Assembly: GCA_029856125.1 (NCBI GenBank)
Contig: JAHQWJ010000141.1
Location: 18,053 to 82,052, forward strand
Reading direction: 5' to 3'
DNA: 64,000 nt
Origin: Promethearchaeia archaeon
GTDB lineage: Archaea > Asgardarchaeota > Lokiarchaeia > Sigyniarchaeales > SOKP01
How positions within the stretch are numbered: position 1 is the first letter of the stretch; each line of letters begins with the position of its first letter. Shown piece by piece: positions 36,803 through 47,106 of the stretch. Below the pieces are notes generated by a model. The model saw only the letters and a program-made list of their open reading frames with translations. It did not search any database and was not told where the DNA came from. The position numbers and the translations under genes were made by a program.

Positions 36803-39004
36803 ATGGAACCTAATTGGATCCTTTATGTGGCCACATTTCCTCCGAGAGAGTGCGGCATTGCTACATTTACAAAGGATTTAATAATAGCAATGGATAAAAA
36901 ATTTTCTCCGAAAATAAAATCTAAAATACTCGTCATGAATAATAGTGGCACAAATATTTACAAAAATAATGAAGATGTTTTATTTGACATTGCCGAGACT
37001 GACATCTCAGCATATAAAAAAGCTGCTGAAAGAGTAAATGAAATAGATGCTATAAAGCTTATAAATATACAACATGAATTTGGGATTTTTGGGGGAGAAT
37101 ACGGAAATTATTTAATAAAATTTCTAGATATTGTGAAAAAACCAATCATCATATCCTTCCATACAGTCATCCCAAATCCAGAGGATAAATTAAAGAAAAT
37201 CGTAAGACAACTAGCTAAAAAATCTTTCTGTTTAGTCGTAATGACTAAAAGTGGGATTGATATTTTAAGAAAAGATTATAACATTAAAACAAAGATATTT
37301 GTTATACCTCATGGAACGCCAACCGCATCATTTGATGGGAGTATGAAAGAAAAATCAGCGATAGGTATTAGTGATAAAATTGTATTATCGTCGTTTGGCC
37401 TTATTAATCCCGGGAAAGGCTATGAATATGTAATTGAGTCGTTAAGTGAGGTTGTTAAAAAATATCCTACTATTTTATATTTAATAATTGGCGAAACACA
37501 TCCCGTAGTAAGGAAAAACGAAGGAGAAAAGTATAGAACTTTTCTCGAGGGAAAAGTGAAAGAGTATTGCCTTGAAAACCATGTAAAATTCTATAATAGG
37601 TACATGAAGCTAGAAGAAATAGTAAAATTTCTACTAGCAACAGATATCTATATTTCTTCATCTCTGGATCCTAATCAGATTGTTAGTGGCACTTTAGCAT
37701 ACGCAGTAGCCTGCGGTAGAGCGATTATCTCTACTCCCTTCCTTTATGCTAAAGATATTATTGCGCCTGAAAGAGGTCTTTTAGTAAAGTTCAGAGATCC
37801 TAATTCATATACTAATGCTCTAATAAAAATATTATCAAATCCCCTCTTAAAAGAAGAAATGGAAAGAAATAATTATTCATTTTCCAGGTGCATGATCTGG
37901 CCAAATGTAGCAATATCGACTTATAACATTTTCAAGCGAGTTATTCCTGATTTTGAAAAATGTGAAATGTCATATCCAGAAATCAAGTTTGATCATATCA
38001 AGAATCTTACGGATGATTTTGGTATAATCCAATTTGCAAATTATGCAAAACCAGATAAATCATCTGGATATACTCTAGATGACAATGCTCGAGCATTGTT
38101 AGTTAGTACGCTATATTATAAGTTATTTAAAGATAATACAATATTGAAATTGATGAGAATTTATCTGAATTTCATTAAGTATGTCCAAACAAATGAAAAC
38201 AAGTTGTACAATTTTGTTAATTACAATAAGGTTATAAATCTTGAAGATTGGAGTGAGGACGCCCATGGAAGAGCAATGATGGCTCTTGGTCATTTAATTG
38301 CTACAACAAATATTCCAATGGAATTAAGAGTAGAAGCAGAACTGATTTTTGAAAATGCAAAAAAAGCTGTAGACAAGATTAGATCTCCAAGAGCAATTTC
38401 TTTTATTTTGATAGGACTCTATTTCTATAACGTAATAAAAAATTCTGAAGTCATTATAATTAAAAAATTAGCCGATTATCTAGCCCAGCTCTATAAGGAT
38501 TGTAATAGTGAGAAATGGAACTGGTTCGAAAATTATCTTACTTATTCAAATAGTAAATTGCCTGAGGCTCTTTTTTTTTGCTATAAAACAACTAAAAATA
38601 ACAAATATTTAATAATTGCCAAAGAATCTTTAGACTTTCTTATTTCTATTTTGTTTAAAGACGGAAAATTTGCTCCTATTGGTCAGAACGGATGGTATCA
38701 TAAAAATGGCCATAATGCTAGTCATGACCAACAGCCAGTTGATGCTGCTTCAATGGTACAAACATTGATCGTTGCATATGATACCACTAAAGAGAATAGG
38801 TATATGAAACTTGCAATCGAAGCATTTAATTGGTTCCTTGGAAAAAATTCTCTGAATCAAGAAGTTTATAACAATTTAACGGGTGGTTGCCACGATGGTA
38901 TTGGAGAGTATTCTCTAAACATGAATCAAGGGGCTGAATCATCAATTTCTTATTTGCTTGCTAGACTTTCACTTCAAAAATCAAAAGCTTCTATTGCTTT
39001 TTAG
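36803..39004 (+). CDS. GT4 glycosyltransferase fused to an alpha/alpha-toroid (glycosidase-like) domain
   Basis: TFPPRECGIATF, QHEFGIFGG, QIVSGTL.YA; C-terminal GYTLDDNARAL, SEDAHGRA, DQQP.D, NQGAES. Start ATG 36803 preferred over TTG 36767. Confidence 0.88.
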   Translation: MEPNWILYVATFPPRECGIATFTKDLIIAMDKKFSPKIKSKILVMNNSGTNIYKNNEDVLFDIAETDISAYKKAAERVNEIDAIKLINIQHEFGIFGGEYGNYLIKFLDIVKKPIIISFHTVIPNPEDKLKKIVRQLAKKSFCLVVMTKSGIDILRKDYNIKTKIFVIPHGTPTASFDGSMKEKSAIGISDKIVLSSFGLINPGKGYEYVIESLSEVVKKYPTILYLIIGETHPVVRKNEGEKYRTFLEGKVKEYCLENHVKFYNRYMKLEEIVKFLLATDIYISSSLDPNQIVSGTLAYAVACGRAIISTPFLYAKDIIAPERGLLVKFRDPNSYTNALIKILSNPLLKEEMERNNYSFSRCMIWPNVAISTYNIFKRVIPDFEKCEMSYPEIKFDHIKNLTDDFGIIQFANYAKPDKSSGYTLDDNARALLVSTLYYKLFKDNTILKLMRIYLNFIKYVQTNENKLYNFVNYNKVINLEDWSEDAHGRAMMALGHLIATTNIPMELRVEAELIFENAKKAVDKIRSPRAISFILIGLYFYNVIKNSEVIIIKKLADYLAQLYKDCNSEKWNWFENYLTYSNSKLPEALFFCYKTTKNNKYLIIAKESLDFLISILFKDGKFAPIGQNGWYHKNGHNASHDQQPVDAASMVQTLIVAYDTTKENRYMKLAIEAFNWFLGKNSLNQEVYNNLTGGCHDGIGEYSLNMNQGAESSISYLLARLSLQKSKASIAF

Positions 39005-39080
39005 TATTTATGAACAATAACCGTTTCACGATCTACTTGTTATCATCTAGGAAGAAAGAAGAAAATTTGAAATACAGATT

Positions 39081-39743
39081 TTACTCAATATCAATAGATT
39101 TGCCTTTATCTTTAATCTTCTTCAACCGAACTTCTAGAATCCCATTTGTATACCGCGCTTTTGCGTAATCCTGGTTAATTTCCGCTGGTAAATCGATTTC
39201 TTTAAAATAACTTCTCCCAAAAACAATTTTTTGCGTAGAAATCGTAATAGATCTACCAGTAGCATTCAGTTCGATGTCTTCTTTGTTAACACCTGGCATT
39301 TCAGCAATGACAATAATGTGATCCTCTTCTTCGTTAACTTCTACTAACGGTTCCCTAGTCTTCCTTACTTTCGTTTCACCAGATATTGGTTCTTTTTCTA
39401 TGTTCCCAAATGAACCCATGCTTGGTTTTCCATCAGGTCCAATTCCAAAATTGAATCCGTATACAAAAGGCCCTTTTTTACCAAACTTAGACTGATTTTT
39501 CATGAATTCTTTAGTAAAATCTTCTGGTGAAAGTCCCTGTAGATCTTTAGGGAGAGATTTAGAAATTTGGGCGAAAATTTCTTTAAACATCTTCTGAAAC
39601 TCTTTTGAATTGAATAGCTTAGCAGGATCTAGATTTTTAAATAGTTTAGGATCGCCAAAACCTTTGAATGCATCGAAGAAATTTATAGGTTCATCTTCAT
39701 TATCTTTCTCGTCTTCATCATCATACTCGTCTTTTCCCGACAT
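39081..39743 (-). CDS. hsp20: Archaeal small heat shock protein Hsp20
   Basis: GPFVYGF...GPDGKP, REPL.EV, AEMPGV.KEDI, A.Y.NGILEV. Confidence 0.92.
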   Translation of the reverse strand: MSGKDEYDDEDEKDNEDEPINFFDAFKGFGDPKLFKNLDPAKLFNSKEFQKMFKEIFAQISKSLPKDLQGLSPEDFTKEFMKNQSKFGKKGPFVYGFNFGIGPDGKPSMGSFGNIEKEPISGETKVRKTREPLVEVNEEEDHIIVIAEMPGVNKEDIELNATGRSITISTQKIVFGRSYFKEIDLPAEINQDYAKARYTNGILEVRLKKIKDKGKSIDIE

Positions 39744-39945
39744 TTTATCACTTCCTTGTAAAATATACCTAGATATTAATTACAATTAAATTTTTAAATA
39801 TAAATTTAAATATGTATACTAAAGCTAAATATATAATAGCTTTTATTCTAGAAAAAATTGTTTAGTTTAATAAACTTATTCCAATTAAAAAGTTTGTAAT
39901 CTAAAATCAAAACAAATTAAAAACAATACAGTAGAGGGAACTTAT

Positions 39946-41763
39946 ATGTATTCAGAGCTTTCTGACGATGATAAGGAAATGTATCTTGATGTTTTGCGTG
40001 AAGCACCAATCTTACCTTTTTCCAATTTTGTGAGTAGGGGGGATATACCAGATAAAATCGATATTTCACGCCCAAGAAGCTATATTGATAGAGAAGTTTA
40101 TATGTTGGTCCGTCAAACTCATAAAGATCGATCATCTCGATTAATTCCCATTTTAGGGTCCGCTGGAACTGGAAAAACTCATGCTTATCATTCATTTAAA
40201 GATAAAGAGCGAGAAAATAGAAAAAAATTAGAACTCAGTACAGAAGCAGAAGATATGGAAGTATCTCAACTTGAACCTGCTGATTGGACTATTATCTACG
40301 TTCCCAGCCCACCTGCTTCTATTAGAGTTTTGTTACACGTCTATACATGCATTATCGAAGATGTAGGGCCAGAAATCCTTGATATAGTCTCAGAAAAATT
40401 AGTAAGAGAAAAATGGGGAGGAAAAAAAAGCGGTCTATTTCAAAAACCTAAGATAGAAGAAGTTATTCAAAAGGGTATTAGAGAATTCCCAGGCGTTTTC
40501 GCAGATTGCGTGAAAGCGTTAGTTACTTATCAGTTAGATAAAAACAAGAAAGCGTTAGCAGAAAGATGGTTGCTTGGAGAAGATTTAGATCCAGAAGAAC
40601 TAAGCGAACTTGGGATAAATTCTGTTGTTGAAGAGGACGATGTCTGCCTTGCTATGATTAAAATAATTACTGAAAATTTAGATAGAGTCCTAATCCTGTA
40701 TTTTGACGAACTGGAATCCCCGTATCGTATGCACGGAGAGGCTGCTGAAAGAAAATTCCTTGAAATACTTAAAAGGTTATATAACGAAGTTAAAGGATTA
40801 GTTATCATAACAGCTGTCTTAAAAGAAATTTGGCCGAGAATATTAGAAATCGCAGACGCTCCTTTACGATCTCGAATGGAACCGGAACAAGAATTGAAGC
40901 CATTCAGTTTAAACGACTTGAAAATCTTTTTTAGTAAGTCTATGGAAGCTTTTTGGGAAGATAATAATTTAAATCCTCCATTATACCCATTATTTCCGTT
41001 AAACGAAAAATTAATCGAGATGATTTATGAAAAAACTCAAGGAAATCCAAGGAACTCTATAAAACTTTGTAGACGGTTTATTGATAAAGTTGTTACGGAG
41101 GAAATGAGCGTAGAAGAGTTGTTAGAAGCAGGTGCGGATATTGTAGCAACTGCTAAACCACAAACGGGAGAAGCTGAAGAAGAAATCATAGACTTTTCAA
41201 AGCCAAGAGAAGTTATAAAGAAAACTATAGAAGAAATTTTAGCAGAAGAAGAATACATAATAGATGTAAACCCTTCATCGGTTGCTGGAGCGTCCCTAAA
41301 GAGTATCATAAAAGTTGGGGAATCAAAAGAGAAGAAATTCAAAACCCAAATGGAGTATAAATTTATGATTGGAAAACGGAGTCAAACTTTAGCCGCTTCA
41401 ATCGAATTTGAGAAGAAGAAATGGGGGATGGAGATTCCTTCTATAAAAACATTCGATAGAAGTGCTGGTGTCGCTGGTTATTATGCTGCGAAAAGATTGA
41501 AGGACGCTATTGACGAAAAAGCTATAGATTCTGCAATTTTAATAGTTCCTGTTGGGAGTAGCGGTGCTAAATTTGAGTCGATTCTACAGAACAATTCTAA
41601 CATTCACAAAGTGGAGTTGACGAATGAAACTGGTGAATCTCTTATTGCTAATGCGTTGACTTATCCATCCAAAGAGGGTTGGGAGATAGCTAGAATTATT
41701 TTTACAGATATTGGTGAATATATTCCACCTGAGCCCGAAGAACCATTAGAGGAAACCGAATAA
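39946..41763 (+). CDS. AAA+ P-loop ATPase of unknown function
   Basis: Walker A GSAGTGKT, Walker B LYFDELE, LRSR, GNPR. Confidence 0.75.
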   Translation: MYSELSDDDKEMYLDVLREAPILPFSNFVSRGDIPDKIDISRPRSYIDREVYMLVRQTHKDRSSRLIPILGSAGTGKTHAYHSFKDKERENRKKLELSTEAEDMEVSQLEPADWTIIYVPSPPASIRVLLHVYTCIIEDVGPEILDIVSEKLVREKWGGKKSGLFQKPKIEEVIQKGIREFPGVFADCVKALVTYQLDKNKKALAERWLLGEDLDPEELSELGINSVVEEDDVCLAMIKIITENLDRVLILYFDELESPYRMHGEAAERKFLEILKRLYNEVKGLVIITAVLKEIWPRILEIADAPLRSRMEPEQELKPFSLNDLKIFFSKSMEAFWEDNNLNPPLYPLFPLNEKLIEMIYEKTQGNPRNSIKLCRRFIDKVVTEEMSVEELLEAGADIVATAKPQTGEAEEEIIDFSKPREVIKKTIEEILAEEEYIIDVNPSSVAGASLKSIIKVGESKEKKFKTQMEYKFMIGKRSQTLAASIEFEKKKWGMEIPSIKTFDRSAGVAGYYAAKRLKDAIDEKAIDSAILIVPVGSSGAKFESILQNNSNIHKVELTNETGESLIANALTYPSKEGWEIARIIFTDIGEYIPPEPEEPLEETE

Positions 41764-41802
41764 CCAATAATTTGATGAACATCAAATTAATTAGAAAATT
41801 TT

Positions 41803-42735
41803 TTATAAATTAGCTAATTTCTCGCTTATTTTTGTATCTAAGCTAAACAACTCTTTTGCTAATTCATCTGCTCTTTTAAAGTGGTTTAATAGTTGAGTTA
41901 GTTTGGATGTTAATTCATGCTGCTCAAAAGAATTAGATATATTTATTACCGATTCTATTGGTCTAATTATCTCATGATACAAATGAAGTTTGTTGTTTTT
42001 TAACTCTTCAGTAGTTGACTCCACACTTTTCATTAACGATTCACGCTCTTTAACTAATTCCGGAAGTTTTCCGACCTGTTCGGCTTTATTTGTTAAAAAC
42101 GAGACGATGTCGCTTTCTTGGATAATATCTGCTAACTCTGCCGCTTTAAGAAAGTTCTTTTTAGCTCTCTTGTAGAACTTGTTTTTTAGAAACTGCTCAG
42201 CCAGTTTAAGTTCTTCAGATAGTTTTTCTGGGATTTCTTCCCCTAAATTAATCAATTCTCTAGCCTCTTGTAAATTTCCATCATCTAGCATTTTTTTTGT
42301 CTTATTGTTGATTGTTTCTTTGATCAAAGTAGGCTCTTTTAATTTTTCCATTAAAGTAAAGATGGAGTCAAATTCTTTTCGTAAAATTGATTCAAGCTTT
42401 ACTGTATCCTTTGAAAAACCTTTAACAACCTTTTCGGCAATATTTTCTAGTATACTCTTGGACGAAACTAAATCCTCATCTTGCTTAAGCACGAAACCTA
42501 AGAACAGGTTATCTCTTTCTAAGGAAGAAGCGTTAATTTTCCACGAGTAATACCTTATATCTTCTTTCCAATAAATCGTATTTGAAAACTCTTTTTGAAT
42601 GTGTTTTTCTTCAAATTCCTTTAAAGTATCATTAGAGACTTTATTTTCTTGATCAAGATAATATTCTGCTAGTACATTTGGTCCAAACGATTCGTCAATC
42701 TCGTAAAGATATATTCCAACTGGCATAATACTCAT
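41803..42735 (-). CDS. Longin/uDENN-like N-terminal domain plus helical C-terminus (Asgard-type)
   Basis: GIYLYEIDESFGPNVLAEY resembles longin/uDENN starts; helical tail. Confidence 0.5.
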   Translation of the reverse strand: MSIMPVGIYLYEIDESFGPNVLAEYYLDQENKVSNDTLKEFEEKHIQKEFSNTIYWKEDIRYYSWKINASSLERDNLFLGFVLKQDEDLVSSKSILENIAEKVVKGFSKDTVKLESILRKEFDSIFTLMEKLKEPTLIKETINNKTKKMLDDGNLQEARELINLGEEIPEKLSEELKLAEQFLKNKFYKRAKKNFLKAAELADIIQESDIVSFLTNKAEQVGKLPELVKERESLMKSVESTTEELKNNKLHLYHEIIRPIESVINISNSFEQHELTSKLTQLLNHFKRADELAKELFSLDTKISEKLANL

Positions 42736-42872
42736 TCTTTGAAATTGTTTATAGAATAAAATTATTATTAATTACTAGGTAATAAGTTTTTAATTTTATA
42801 TTTTTATTTGATCCAACTAATTCATGTATTATTGAAGAAGTGTTATTAGATAATAGAAAAGAAGTGTGAAAA

Positions 42873-43775
42873 ATGGAAATTGTGGATACTTATTGTGAAG
42901 CTTTTGAAGGATTAGTAGTTCAATTAATGGTCACTGCTCAAGACGCAGAATTTTTAAATAGAGCCACAAACGCATTTACTGCGCTTCCCTCAACAGTTTT
43001 TGGAGATGCTGAGGGAGGTATTGTTCGTTGGCTTTCTGAAAAAGAAACTATCGACGGAAGGTTGGGAGCAATCGTTCAATTATGGGTAACTGGAACCGGT
43101 AAGAAGGCTACTGCTAAGTTTTACGAACAACTCGGCCGTAGAATGAGACAGGGTATTCTTGTTGTTCCAACAACTGCAGTTTTTGATTATTATCCACGAA
43201 CAACTGAGTTTAAATTTAATATGATGAATAATGTAGGTCATTGTGGGGACGGATACGAATGGATCGTTGAAAAACTTAATCGAAAACTAATTAACATCCC
43301 AATTATGATGGGATACGATTTTTTAATTGAAGAAGACATCTCTTACGCTAAAGGCGTTATGGGAGGGAATTTATGGTTGTTTTGCAACTCTGTTGAATCA
43401 GGGATTAAGGTTGGAAGGGAGGGTGTTAAAATACTGGCTGAACTCGATGATGTGTGTACTACTTTTGATGTATGTTCTGCAGGTTCAAAACCGGTTCCCC
43501 CTGATGCTAAATATCCTGAAATAGGTCCGTCAACGAACCACCCATTTTGTCCTACACTTATAGGTAAGGTATCTCCAAACGAATTCGAGGTTCCAGAAGG
43601 AGTAAACTCGATACCTGAACTTGTATTTAACGGCCTTCAACTTAATGATGTAAAATTAGCAATGCGAAAAACTATAGAAGGTATTTCTGATATGGATGGA
43701 TTGCTTAAGATTTCCGCAGGGAATTATGGGGGTAAGTTAGGAAAGTTTAAGATATATTTACGAGAGTTAGGATAA
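42873..43775 (+). CDS. ftr: Formylmethanofuran:tetrahydromethanopterin formyltransferase
   Basis: EI.DTY.EAF, T.DGR.G, R.RQ..L..PTT, GDGYE, GVMGGN, SKP....YP..GPSTNH.FCPTL, ISAGNYGGKLG. Confidence 0.93.
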   Translation: MEIVDTYCEAFEGLVVQLMVTAQDAEFLNRATNAFTALPSTVFGDAEGGIVRWLSEKETIDGRLGAIVQLWVTGTGKKATAKFYEQLGRRMRQGILVVPTTAVFDYYPRTTEFKFNMMNNVGHCGDGYEWIVEKLNRKLINIPIMMGYDFLIEEDISYAKGVMGGNLWLFCNSVESGIKVGREGVKILAELDDVCTTFDVCSAGSKPVPPDAKYPEIGPSTNHPFCPTLIGKVSPNEFEVPEGVNSIPELVFNGLQLNDVKLAMRKTIEGISDMDGLLKISAGNYGGKLGKFKIYLRELG

Positions 43776-43799
43776 AAAAAGGACTTTTTTAATAAATTA

Positions 43800-44477
43800 T
43801 CATTTATAATTGAGAGTTTTGTCTTTTACCGGTAATATCATTTGTCCATTTTTCAGTTGAGAAAATTTCGGATATTTTTCATCAAAAATAATTTCAATCT
43901 CCTTAAGAGGTAAATCCGCATGAACTCCACGATCTTTGACATATTCTCCGAATTTATTACCTTCTTCATCAAAAGCAGGAAATGTAGCATCATTTTCGCC
44001 GTCAAATTCGACCATTGGAGTAAAACCTCCTTTTAAGGCAGTTTTTGGGTCAAACGAGGGTGTTAATTTTACCCATTTATTATTAAGGTAAAGTTCGCTA
44101 TAGCCATGATAATGCATGACATTTGTTTCCATAAAATCTATTATTTTTTGAGATATTTTATGATTTATCAGATCTACTAAGTGAATCCTGGCAGGAATTC
44201 CAATAGCTCGTGCAAAGGAAGATAATAGAACGGATTTCGAGACACAAAAACCATTTTTCCGTCTTAGAGTCACGCTGGCTTTAAAATTAGCTTTAGCAGA
44301 AGGAATATAAGTGTGCATATTGTATTTAATTTTATCCCTTACCCAGTAAAAGAGCGCTTTGGCTTTATCACTTTCTGTTTCTAAGCCTGCGGTAATCTCA
44401 AAGGCTTTAACACGAACAAACTTCTTATTAAAATCGAAAAATTCCGTAGGTTGTAGATAAATATCAATATTCCCCAT
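43800..44477 (-). CDS. Transglutaminase-like protein
   Basis: YLQPT.FFD, FY.VRD.I.Y, GFCVSK, HGY.E.Y. Confidence 0.85.
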   Translation of the reverse strand: MGNIDIYLQPTEFFDFNKKFVRVKAFEITAGLETESDKAKALFYWVRDKIKYNMHTYIPSAKANFKASVTLRRKNGFCVSKSVLLSSFARAIGIPARIHLVDLINHKISQKIIDFMETNVMHYHGYSELYLNNKWVKLTPSFDPKTALKGGFTPMVEFDGENDATFPAFDEEGNKFGEYVKDRGVHADLPLKEIEIIFDEKYPKFSQLKNGQMILPVKDKTLNYK

Positions 44478-44591
44478 GATTATGAAAAATTTTAGTTATT
44501 TTTGAACATTACCTTTCCTTCCAATTTTTCATTGAAATGATTACTTTTCCAGATCAATTGCAAAGGAAATTCATGTGTTCAAGTTTCACTT

Positions 44592-45059
44592 CTATTGCAG
44601 GTTCTGCTTTAGGTTCTGAGCAAACTCTTCCGCACGTTTGAGGTCTTCAGCATTCGGCCTACCCTTATTCATTCCCCCAAAATATTTCATGAAACTATTG
44701 GTGTTAAAACCTTTACAACTAAATTCATCAACGATCATGTAACCTTTCGATAGCAGTTTTTCCCTAAGCAACGAGTGATCCTTGGCGACTTTGGCTTTTC
44801 CTTGCATGGCACTTGTTGAAAAAATGAATGCTTTCTTGTTGGTGATTTGTGGTAGTGTATCGGCAAAGTCAAGCAGAAGTTTATGGTGTTTTTCACCATA
44901 TATCCCTGAACCAAAGCCAATTAGATTATACTCTTGAAGTTCTCCAGGGTTTATTTGCTCTGGCGTTTTTATTTGGGCATCCAGAACTTTTGCGAAGACC
45001 TTAGCGATTTTCTCAGTATTTTTATGATGGTATGAAAACAAAACCAATAGAGATTTCAT
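44592..45059 (-). CDS. Flavodoxin family protein
   Basis: SYHHKNTEKIA, GFGSGIY, GRPN.EDL..A..FA. Confidence 0.88.
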   Translation of the reverse strand: MKSLLVLFSYHHKNTEKIAKVFAKVLDAQIKTPEQINPGELQEYNLIGFGSGIYGEKHHKLLLDFADTLPQITNKKAFIFSTSAMQGKAKVAKDHSLLREKLLSKGYMIVDEFSCKGFNTNSFMKYFGGMNKGRPNAEDLKRAEEFAQNLKQNLQ

Positions 45060-45231
45060 TATTAACGAAATATTCTCTTATATTTAAGATTATCAGACCG
45101 AAGTTTTGATTGCTTTGAATAACTAATTTATTTCAATGGAATTTTCATTGATGTCAGAATCTGGAAATACATTTACATTCTTTTTCAATGAAGTGAATAC
45201 ATATATCCTAATACAACGCAGATACTAACGG

Positions 45232-45837
45232 CTAATCCGTATGGGTACCAAAAGCAAAGAAGTTACGGGGAAATTCGTCGGGAAACTCAAACTTTTTGTC
45301 GACGAGTAGTACGATTTCTTTACCCAGTTTAAAAGCAGCGTTCATCCCCTTTTCAAGCTTCCTAGCATCCCCTTTCCCTGTTGCATACGCCGCAACGAAA
45401 TTGGCTGGGAGCATCCTTTTCAGAGTGATAAAGAAATAAAAATCCTTGAGAGCATCAATGAGACCTATACTGCCTGCCACAACGATTACACCACCTACCT
45501 TGTTTGCCAAGCTCTTGCCCGGTTGGTTCAATGCAAAAGTCCGATCCATAATGGCCTTAGCTTGCGCTGTCATGCCGTAAAAATGTATGGGGGAACCAAA
45601 GACAACGCCATCTGCTGCTATTAATTTTTCGTAAAGCGGTTGCATGTCGTCTTGGATATGACACACTCCCTTTGAAAAACAAGAATAACAGCCATCACAT
45701 CCTCTAATATCCTTGCCCGACACACTGAAGAGCTCTATATCAGCGCCATGTTCTGCTGCACCCCGGAGCATCTCTTCCAATAGGATTACCGTATTTCCCT
45801 TTTTCCGCGGACTACATGAGACACCTAATATTTTCAT
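45232..45837 (-). CDS. Iron-sulfur flavoprotein / NADPH-dependent FMN reductase family
   Basis: SPRKKGNT, C.GC..C....C..DD, GSP..Y. Confidence 0.88.
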   Translation of the reverse strand: MKILGVSCSPRKKGNTVILLEEMLRGAAEHGADIELFSVSGKDIRGCDGCYSCFSKGVCHIQDDMQPLYEKLIAADGVVFGSPIHFYGMTAQAKAIMDRTFALNQPGKSLANKVGGVIVVAGSIGLIDALKDFYFFITLKRMLPANFVAAYATGKGDARKLEKGMNAAFKLGKEIVLLVDKKFEFPDEFPRNFFAFGTHTD

Positions 45838-45869
45838 TTTGATCTATCTCCTTTTTGCATCAGTCGAAG

Positions 45870-47102
45870 TTATATTTTTTTCGCAATTAAATCAATTATA
45901 TCTATTACAGTAATTTTTTCTTGAACATCTGTTTCCATTTCTTTGTATGCGTCACTTAAATTACCGATGCAAAACGGACAGCTCGTGGTTAAAATTTGCG
46001 CTCCAGTATCTACTGCTTCTTTGATTCTTTCTTTCGAAATGTCAAGTGCTAAATCTGGAAACTCGCTCTTTACGCCTCCTCCTGCACCACAGCACCACGC
46101 GTTATTCCGATTTCTTTTCATTTCTTTTAATTCTAATCCCGGTATTTTAAGTAATGCATCTCTGGGTATCTCGTAGAGATTCATATGTCTTCCTAAATGG
46201 CATGGATCGTGCCACGTTACTGTTTCCGAACCTTCAACTAACTTAAACGGTATTTCGTTATTATTTAACATGTCAACTAATATTTCTGTTATGTGTTTTA
46301 CTTCAAACGGCAAATCTTCGCCTAGCAATTCGGGATAATCCTTTTTCCACGTTCTATAACACCCCGCACACGCGGTAAATATCGTTTTGGCTCCCATGTT
46401 TTTAAAAACATCTATGTTATGTTTAACAATATCAATTACAGAGCTCTCATCTCCGATTCTCAAGGCAACAGAACCACAGCACCACTCATCTTTCGACATT
46501 GCAATATCTTTGCCTGCAGCTTTTAAAATTTTCATCATACTTTTCAAAGTATCTACCTGTCTTAAAGGCATCGTACAGCCTCCAAAAAATACTAATTCAC
46601 CCCTGTCCTTAATTTCGGGAAATTTGGTTGTCCATTCGAATTTTTTTGCTTCATCTTCGCCGTAAGGATTTCTCATGTTATCGTCTTTCATGTAATCAAT
46701 TAACTTGCCGTGCCTATCAAGTGGGGCGAAGCCAGCTTCTACAAGATCTTTTCGTAACGCTTCCCATACTTTTACATGGTCGATCCATTTAGATGTATTG
46801 AGAACGATGTACTCGTTTTGAGACATATGACATACCTCTGTGCAATTTCCGCATTCCATACATTCGTAAACGAATTCCGCGAGCTCTCTGGAAAGAGGGA
46901 TCTGTTCTTCTAATATACTTTTCAGAACATTCATTCTTCCTCGAGCAAAATAAATTTCAAATCCACCTTCTCCTTTCGCTTCCTTAACCGGACAAGTTAA
47001 ATATCTATCAACTGCGGGTCTTATAGCGTATCCACAGTCCCCACACCCCATACAGCTCATTATAGCTTTCCATTCCTTTTTTAAATGTTTTAGCTCACTC
47101 AT
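45870..47102 (-). CDS. HdrD/GlcF-like (Fe-S)-binding protein with CCG domains
   Basis: CMGCGDC, CMECGNC..C, WCCG, HDPCHLGR, WCCGAGGG, SCPFC. Confidence 0.9.
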   Translation of the reverse strand: MSELKHLKKEWKAIMSCMGCGDCGYAIRPAVDRYLTCPVKEAKGEGGFEIYFARGRMNVLKSILEEQIPLSRELAEFVYECMECGNCTEVCHMSQNEYIVLNTSKWIDHVKVWEALRKDLVEAGFAPLDRHGKLIDYMKDDNMRNPYGEDEAKKFEWTTKFPEIKDRGELVFFGGCTMPLRQVDTLKSMMKILKAAGKDIAMSKDEWCCGSVALRIGDESSVIDIVKHNIDVFKNMGAKTIFTACAGCYRTWKKDYPELLGEDLPFEVKHITEILVDMLNNNEIPFKLVEGSETVTWHDPCHLGRHMNLYEIPRDALLKIPGLELKEMKRNRNNAWCCGAGGGVKSEFPDLALDISKERIKEAVDTGAQILTTSCPFCIGNLSDAYKEMETDVQEKITVIDIIDLIAKKI

Positions 47103-47106
47103 TTTT

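Noticed and set aside
44495-45230. Short open stretches in the intergenic gaps around the flavodoxin gene as pseudogenes
   Set aside because: No start codon or recognisable motif; cannot be supported without a search.
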